Below, in pieces: positions 58,559-64,000 of a DNA stretch of 64,000 nucleotides. The position numbers and the translations under genes were made by a program. The stretch is from a virus, in the IMG/VR virus record IMGVR_UViG_3300044844_000854, positions 32,001 through 96,000 of that record; one strand, 5' to 3'. The notes below the pieces were generated by a model. It saw only the letters and a program-made list of their open reading frames with translations, did not search any database and was not told where the DNA came from. Every line of letters begins with the position of its first letter. Positions within the stretch are counted from its first letter, which is position 1.

Positions 58559-59593
58559 ATGCGAGAACTCACTTTTGAAGAAGAAACAGCAATCACTTTA
58601 CTAGAAACTGCTGTAAGACTAAAACCCAAAGCAACTGCACTCAAAAACGGAGCAGAAAAACTTTTGTCATTTTTAAACTCTAACAGATCAGAACGACCAA
58701 AACTGACTGAAAAGAATATTGAAGAACTTGACAATGTGTTAGCTAAACATGGTATCAACTTGGCAGTATTGTTAAAGACACAACCTACTACACAAGCTAA
58801 ACAGACACCTATCGTAAATCCTGCAATGGAAGCATATAAACAAGCATTTGCGATTGCAACACCTATTGTTAGTGATAGTAGTGTTGAACAACCAAAGGCA
58901 ACTGTTACTGTGCTAAATAGCCAAATCGAAACAATTAAGAGTAAATTGTTAAAGTTAAGACTACAATTCAAACTTGATGATAAAGCAAACAAAAACAAGA
59001 ATGAATGGCTTGATACCTTTTCTAGTGATTGTTTAGATCGTATTGCAAAATATGGTGATCGCACAAAATTTACAGATAAGCAGATTGATGTGATCAACAA
59101 ATATGTACAAGATGATGATAACAATCTTAGCTACACACCACAGACAAACTACACACTTGCAGATGTTAGTGGTAATAAGCTAAGAGAACTTATCCTACAT
59201 ACTCGTGATGTAATGGGCAAATATGCTATTGTAGGTGATACAATTCAGCACAACTACTCTATGTTATGGAATACACAAAGTGCTACAATCAACAAGCTAC
59301 TTACACTTGAACTTACAGATGCACAAATTGTTTGGATTGTAGACTTTATGATCAAACTACAAGAAAATAGTCGTATTGTTGCTAAGGATCACAAAGAAGA
59401 TGATCGTAGAAAAAACTATTTCAAATGTGTAGAACTACTTAAAAAACTTGTAGATGGTTTAGCTACCAAACAAGACTTACTTACTAAAGAAGATCGTGTG
59501 TTTTTACAAAGCTATGTTAAAAATACTTGGTCAAATGAGCCAATCCAAGAAGTAATCAACAGAACTGTTGAAACACAAAGAGAAAGACAATAA
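58559..59593 (+). CDS. Hypothetical protein with repeated helical T.KQI/T.KNI motifs
   Basis: 344 aa; LTEKNI, FTDKQI and LTDAQI repeats. Confidence 0.6.
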   Translation: MRELTFEEETAITLLETAVRLKPKATALKNGAEKLLSFLNSNRSERPKLTEKNIEELDNVLAKHGINLAVLLKTQPTTQAKQTPIVNPAMEAYKQAFAIATPIVSDSSVEQPKATVTVLNSQIETIKSKLLKLRLQFKLDDKANKNKNEWLDTFSSDCLDRIAKYGDRTKFTDKQIDVINKYVQDDDNNLSYTPQTNYTLADVSGNKLRELILHTRDVMGKYAIVGDTIQHNYSMLWNTQSATINKLLTLELTDAQIVWIVDFMIKLQENSRIVAKDHKEDDRRKNYFKCVELLKKLVDGLATKQDLLTKEDRVFLQSYVKNTWSNEPIQEVINRTVETQRERQ

Positions 59594-59599
59594 CAACAA

Positions 59600-60013
59600 A
59601 TGTCAGACACAAAATACAAAACAAGGTTAAGATTAAGAGTATTCAACATTGAAAAAGAAAAGCTCTATTTCTTAAATGTGGATTATAGCTACAATTCTAT
59701 GACTATTGCTAAACAACATCAGCAATCAACATATGAAGAATGTGAAGAAATTTGTGCTACCTTAGCACTGATTGCAAAATCAAATGGACTTGACAATGAT
59801 GAGCTACAGGCAATTGTAATTCCTTTAGTGGATTATATGTATATGAACCATGCAAGCTATGATCGTAAGGAATTTAAAGATGATGTGCCTAGAACTACTG
59901 CACTATGTAGAATGATTGAAATCACAAATATCTACAAGTATTTAGGTGATATTAAGACAAACACAATCTTTAGTGATTATCTCAAATCCAAAGATATGTT
60001 ATGGGGTATTTAA
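59600..60013 (+). CDS. Hypothetical protein
   Basis: 137 aa. Confidence 0.5.
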   Translation: MSDTKYKTRLRLRVFNIEKEKLYFLNVDYSYNSMTIAKQHQQSTYEECEEICATLALIAKSNGLDNDELQAIVIPLVDYMYMNHASYDRKEFKDDVPRTTALCRMIEITNIYKYLGDIKTNTIFSDYLKSKDMLWGI

Positions 60014-60101
60014 GATCATACTAAACTAGACTAAAAAAAACGGAATTTAAAAAAAAGGCAATAGGTAAAAAAATACGAACATATTTATATATGTTTAGAT
60101 A

Positions 60102-60130
60102 TTTATAACACTCACTAAGAACATTATAAT
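60102..60130 (+). promoter_or_regulatory. sigma70-like promoter (CACTAAG family)
   Basis: TTTATA-17-TATAAT; CACTAAG at 60113-60119. Confidence 0.7.
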
Positions 60131-60178
60131 TGATTATATCTTTTATGATATTCTTTTTTTCAACAACAAGGAGATATT

Positions 60179-61090
60179 GTGCAAGCACTTATCAAATTCT
60201 TAGCTACATACCATTCAGTTATAGGTGAGATCGTACCCCAACACTCTCTTATGCTATGTGTATGCTTGGCAGATAAAATCATTGGTATCAACACTACTGT
60301 AGATAACCTTACTACTAGATGTTGTGTCAATAAATATGCAGTAGACTTACTTGCATCTCGTACAGGTTATGTTGTCGTTCAAGGTAATAACATTTACTTA
60401 CAAGATACATTCTTTAAGGATTTCAACATTGTTCAACAAGAACTAGCTATGGAAGTCGTATACATTGATAAATATGTAGCACCTGAACAACCAATCGTTA
60501 GAACAGAGCAATCACCACCTGCAATCATGCTTACAACAGATAGTGGTGAACAACGATACATTGAACTTGTGCCTGCTGGTAGCACAGAAAAACCTATCCA
60601 ACTGATCAATAATACAGATGCTTTAGGTACACTTACTAAAACACTCATGGCTACTGCTGATAAAAAGGCAAGCACACGAAAGGCAGCACCAAAACAAAAA
60701 GCTACACAAGAAGGTAGCACTAATGCTGTTATTGTTGCTTTAGAGTTGTTTGATGAGTTATATCGCACTAAGTTTGCTGATTTGCCACCACCTAAGCATT
60801 CAATGAAAGATCGCACATCACTTAAAGAACTTGCTGATCACTTTGGTGGCAAGGTTTTGTCAGATACAATTCAATGGTTTTTCACCAATTACGAAGAACT
60901 AAAGAAGAAATATAATTGGTCTTATCCTAGTGTTGGACTATTCTACGGTTTCAGAAATTCAATCTTCCCATTAGCTATCAAGAACGAAAAGGTTGATAAC
61001 AATGTAAAATGGGGATCACACCACAAGGAAGATAATGAGAGAGATGATGGTGATGAAGTTGGATTTGGTATCAAGTTAGATGATGAATAA
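60179..61090 (+). CDS. Putative replication initiator
   Basis: Possible N-terminal winged helix, low-complexity linker, C-terminal helical domain (F.ELY..KF, K.L..HFG, WFF.NY); upstream of the DnaC-like and DnaB genes. Mostly inferred from context. Confidence 0.4.
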   Translation: MQALIKFLATYHSVIGEIVPQHSLMLCVCLADKIIGINTTVDNLTTRCCVNKYAVDLLASRTGYVVVQGNNIYLQDTFFKDFNIVQQELAMEVVYIDKYVAPEQPIVRTEQSPPAIMLTTDSGEQRYIELVPAGSTEKPIQLINNTDALGTLTKTLMATADKKASTRKAAPKQKATQEGSTNAVIVALELFDELYRTKFADLPPPKHSMKDRTSLKELADHFGGKVLSDTIQWFFTNYEELKKKYNWSYPSVGLFYGFRNSIFPLAIKNEKVDNNVKWGSHHKEDNERDDGDEVGFGIKLDDE

Positions 61091-61119
61091 TTGACAGATT
61101 ATATTTGTTTATATATAGT
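61091..61119 (+). promoter_or_regulatory. sigma70-like promoter
   Basis: TTGACA-17-TATAGT. Confidence 0.65.
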
Positions 61120-61156
61120 ATGACTACTTGCATAATACAACATAGGAGTAGTCATA

Positions 61157-61459
61157 ATGCAAATCACTACATTAAATTTAAAAGGTTGCTTGATTGATCA
61201 ATTATTGGTAGATGAAGAAAAACCAAGACACAAGCTAATGAAAACATACTCATATAAAAATAAATGGTTTGTGGAAATCTATGAGGCATTTAATTCACGA
61301 ACTAATTCAAGAACAAGAGTATTTGCAAATCTTTTAGCACCTGATGATGCTTTTAGAACAATCCCTACACTTGCAACTAAGCATAGAATTTTTACATCTA
61401 TGTATGAACATAAGAATATAGATGAATTGGAATACCAAGATTTAGTTAAAGGTATGTAA
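61157..61459 (+). CDS. Hypothetical protein
   Basis: 100 aa; RBS AGGAG. Confidence 0.55.
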   Translation: MQITTLNLKGCLIDQLLVDEEKPRHKLMKTYSYKNKWFVEIYEAFNSRTNSRTRVFANLLAPDDAFRTIPTLATKHRIFTSMYEHKNIDELEYQDLVKGM

Positions 61460-61524
61460 GATAATCTATCAAACTTAAACATAACAACAACAAAAAAACG
61501 GGAATTTAAAAAATACCTTAGATA

Positions 61525-61553
61525 TATACTAACAACACTTAGATCGTTATACT
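61525..61553 (+). promoter_or_regulatory. Promoter (CACTTAG variant) for the helicase loader gene
   Basis: TAGATA-TATACT-17-TATACT with CACTTAG at 61536-61542. Confidence 0.55.
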
Positions 61554-61612
61554 CTATACCATATCAATCATTGATATATTTTTTCTATTCCGTTTTTCTC
61601 AAGGAAACACAG

Positions 61613-62254
61613 ATGACACAACAACAATACTCAAGACCTAGAGTTGAACTTACACCAAAGGTACTTGATAGATTAAACATCGGTAAACGATATTGGCAAT
61701 CGTCCTTAGATACCTTGCCTAAAGAAAGCAAACACTATTCAATCACTAAAGAATATGTTAAGGAATTTGCACTTAAATATGAGCCTAAAGGTATTGGCTT
61801 GTTTCTATGGGGTAACAATTCCACAGGTAAAACATGGACTGCTACTGCTATCCTTAAAGAACTTGCTCATATTGGCTACACTGCATACACTATCTTAGGT
61901 GATGAACTTCGAGCAATTTATATAAACAATCAGATGTTCGATCCTGATAACTCTATCATTAGATGGGTAGAGAATGTCGAAATCCTTTTGATTGAAGATA
62001 TTGGTAAAGAGTATAATGCTAGTGGCAGTGGTTGGGCAGAACTATGCTTTGAAAACCTGCTTAGAAAGCGATCACGAAATCTAAAGGTAACTATCATTAC
62101 TACAAATTTGTCACCAGATGAATTTAAAGATAGGTACAAAAACTCTGCTATGGCTATCTTACTAGAGTCAATGATAGCTATACAAGTGAAATCAACTGAC
62201 AATCGTGCTAAAATCCAAGCAGAGATACAAAAAACAATCGTTAATCCTAGCTAA
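61613..62254 (+). CDS. dnaC: DnaC/IstB-like AAA+ helicase loader
   Basis: GLFLWGNNSTGKT, LLIEDIGKE, TIITTNL. Start moved to ATG 61613 (RBS AAGGA). Confidence 0.8.
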   Translation: MTQQQYSRPRVELTPKVLDRLNIGKRYWQSSLDTLPKESKHYSITKEYVKEFALKYEPKGIGLFLWGNNSTGKTWTATAILKELAHIGYTAYTILGDELRAIYINNQMFDPDNSIIRWVENVEILLIEDIGKEYNASGSGWAELCFENLLRKRSRNLKVTIITTNLSPDEFKDRYKNSAMAILLESMIAIQVKSTDNRAKIQAEIQKTIVNPS

Positions 62255-62283
62255 AAAAACGGAACATATAAAAAGGCATAGTA

Positions 62284-62673
62284 ATGTTAAAAGGTAATTT
62301 AGATTTTAAATCACTAAATGATAGCTTAGTATTATGGTTTGAGATAAATACATTATTTACTCTAGATCATACTAAGAATTGCTATGTCATCAACAAAGAA
62401 CGAATATTATTTATACATAGTGTACTTATTAAGCACTCGATCACTATCGTTAAGTATGATAATATAAATGTATGCTTTGATGATCTAAACATTAAACTAG
62501 ATATTCTTGTTTTTAATAATCGTTTAGATTGTCAAGCTACTCTTTTAAGAACACCAATCCCATTCCACTTGGTAACATTAGATGAGGAAAATCCAAGTAA
62601 AGAAACAACAACATTCACAGATAGCCTTTTATCAACATATAAGGTTTCTCGTTCTCACCTACGACAAGGATAA
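62284..62673 (+). CDS. Hypothetical protein
   Basis: 129 aa between loader and helicase. Confidence 0.5.
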   Translation: MLKGNLDFKSLNDSLVLWFEINTLFTLDHTKNCYVINKERILFIHSVLIKHSITIVKYDNINVCFDDLNIKLDILVFNNRLDCQATLLRTPIPFHLVTLDEENPSKETTTFTDSLLSTYKVSRSHLRQG

Positions 62674-62679
62674 CACTAA

Positions 62680-64000
62680 ATGGACATTTCAGGTCACATT
62701 TTTTCAAGGATCATTTTAGATGATCAAACTACAATTCAAAAGGTTATTGATAGCTTATCACCTGAAGTATTTGTAGATAAGGATAGGGATATTTATACCT
62801 TTATCCAAGATTATTATCGTAACTACGGTAGCCAACCATCAGCAGATGTATTGTGTTCAGAATTCCCCACCTTTACCGATAGGTATGTAGAGTGTGATGA
62901 GCCTATTGAATTTTACATTGCTAAAGCTAAAAAACAATTCCTTAGTAATCTACTACTCACATTATCCAAAGACATTGCAATCAATCTCAAAGGTAACAAA
63001 GACCCTTTTGTAATTCTTGATGATAAATTAAGATCAGCAATTGCTAAAGCAGACATTCTTGCTACTGAAACACGAGATGATAATTGGAGCTCAAGTGGTT
63101 TAGATCGCTTTGATGAATACAAACAAATTCAATCAAAACATGGTATTGAAGGTATCATCACACCTTTCCCTAGCCTTAATGGTTATATGCAACTTGTAGA
63201 TGGCACACTTAATTACATTGTTGCTAGACAAGGTGTGGGTAAAACCTGGTTACTTTGTAGACTAGCAATTCATGCTCATGAGTGTTCAAATAAGATCGTT
63301 ATGTTTGACACTAGGGAAATGCCAATCAATCAAATCGGTAGAAGATTAGATGCACTCAAATTCAATCTATCCTATGAAGAACTTCGTAAAGGTGATCTAA
63401 ACTCTTCTGAAGAACAGAGATGGCAGATTGAATTACAAAAACAATCTCAGCTTAATTACCAACCTTTTCACCTACTTGAAGAGAGTGGTGGTGTTATGGC
63501 ACTTGCATCTAAGATTGACAAATACAAAGGTGGTATTCTATTTATAGATGGTGCATATATGATACCTGATGATAGATCAAAAAATCAAAATGCACCTGAG
63601 TGGCAAAGAATTACCAATGTCATGAGAGATTTAAAGCGACTTGCTAAACAGAAAAACATTCCCATTGTTGTATCATTACAATTCTCTAAAGAAGCATCCA
63701 ACACAAATGGTAATGCATCAAATATTGCTTTAGGTGATGTTGCAAAAGAAGCTGATTGTATCTTAGGTTTATTCCGTTCAGAAGATCAAAAAAATTCCGA
63801 ACGAGCTACAATCAAAATTCTTAAAAATCGTGAAGGCACAGAGATGGGGCAAATTGAACTTGATTGGCTATTATCCAAAGGTGTAATCAAAGAAGTTGAT
63901 CATGATGTTGACTATTCTGTTGTAGAGCCTAAAGCACAACAACCTATCACTTGGGATCACAAACCTATCATTGAGCCTGTTAAACCTATACAGACCAATA
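62680..64000 (+). CDS. dnaB: DnaB-like replicative helicase (runs off the window end; not in ORF track)
   Basis: ATG 62680; translation contains ARQGVGKT, REM, LFIDGAY, LKRLAKQKNIPIVVSLQ, ADCILGL, KNREG; no stop seen before 64000. Confidence 0.9.
   Translation, partial: MDISGHIFSRIILDDQTTIQKVIDSLSPEVFVDKDRDIYTFIQDYYRNYGSQPSADVLCSEFPTFTDRYVECDEPIEFYIAKAKKQFLSNLLLTLSKDIAINLKGNKDPFVILDDKLRSAIAKADILATETRDDNWSSSGLDRFDEYKQIQSKHGIEGIITPFPSLNGYMQLVDGTLNYIVARQGVGKTWLLCRLAIHAHECSNKIVMFDTREMPINQIGRRLDALKFNLSYEELRKGDLNSSEEQRWQIELQKQSQLNYQPFHLLEESGGVMALASKIDKYKGGILFIDGAYMIPDDRSKNQNAPEWQRITNVMRDLKRLAKQKNIPIVVSLQFSKEASNTNGNASNIALGDVAKEADCILGLFRSEDQKNSERATIKILKNREGTEMGQIELDWLLSKGVIKEVDHDVDYSVVEPKAQQPITWDHKPIIEPVKPIQTN

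Larger units (their letters stand above)
1062..62274 (+). repeat. Dispersed polar motif A5-8-CGG-R-N4-6-A4-7 (about 50 copies on +, 4 reversed)
   Basis: Position of the C of CGG on +: 1069, 4394, 5459, 8847, 9855, 12947, 13409, 13628, 15464, 17082, 18011, 18944, 19089, 19611, 25809, 26215, 26835, 27349, 28062, 31114, 32173, 32954, 33585, 34074, 35001, 35519, 37487, 38014, 38395, 39520, 41196, 42381, 43717, 45136, 47180, 47371, 48057, 49127, 51867, 53244, 54708, 55686, 56259, 56591, 56704, 58648, 60041, 61499, 62260. A few (e.g. 38014, 53244) lack the second A-tract. A4 variants at 20741 and 50239. Reversed copies at 9641-9660, 12271-12289, 26766-26783, 61579-61597. Counted by eye. Confidence 0.92.

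Noticed and set aside
1062-62274. Dispersed motif as a CRISPR array or REP/IS-end repeat
   Set aside because: Copies are short, irregularly spaced (0.1-5 kb apart), non-palindromic and not separated by uniform spacers. No cas1/cas2 or transposase is present.
1864-63122. Numerous minus-strand and nested short ORFs in the ORF track (e.g. 2310-2600, 12735-13088, 47399-47821, 58438-59124)
   Set aside because: They lie antisense to or inside well-supported + strand genes, lack RBS and motifs, and are expected shadow frames.
1-64000. Alternative genetic code (stop-codon reassignment) and tRNA genes
   Set aside because: Genes are intact and densely packed under the standard code, ending in TAA, TAG and TGA. 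I saw no tRNA T-loop or cloverleaf signature, although tRNAscan was not run.

Overview
This window is a 64-kb segment of a large, AT-rich tailed phage genome with a contractile tail. Nearly all genes lie on the + strand. Gene calls come from motifs I recognised in the translations, with no database searches. Layout: (1) 1-31.5 kb, virion genes: neck, sheath, tube, tail chaperone with a likely -1 frameshift, tape measure, a CIS-like baseplate, a 2032-aa tail protein, a holin and fibre-like proteins. (2) 31.5-37.4 kb, a 7-deazaguanine DNA-modification cluster (folE, queC, dpdA-like transglycosylase) interleaved with a HAD phosphatase, a GT-B glycosyltransferase, a SAM methyltransferase and an NMAD1-like protein. 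queE and a GT2 lie about 20 kb and 15 kb downstream, respectively. (3) 37.5-64 kb, nucleotide metabolism, replication and recombination: nrdJ, SSB, thyX, family A polymerase, SF2 helicase, recA, resolvase, ParB, Cas4-like nuclease, spoVS, DnaC-like loader and a partial DnaB, plus small promoter-gene-terminator cassettes. The most striking unexplained signal is a polar DNA motif, A5-8-CGG-R-N4-6-A4-7. I counted about 50 copies on the + strand and 4 reversed. About 18 sit 10-13 nt before start codons, and others lie inside genes in all three reading frames. A second regulatory signal is a family of sigma70-like promoters sharing a fixed-position CACTAAG element in the spacer.
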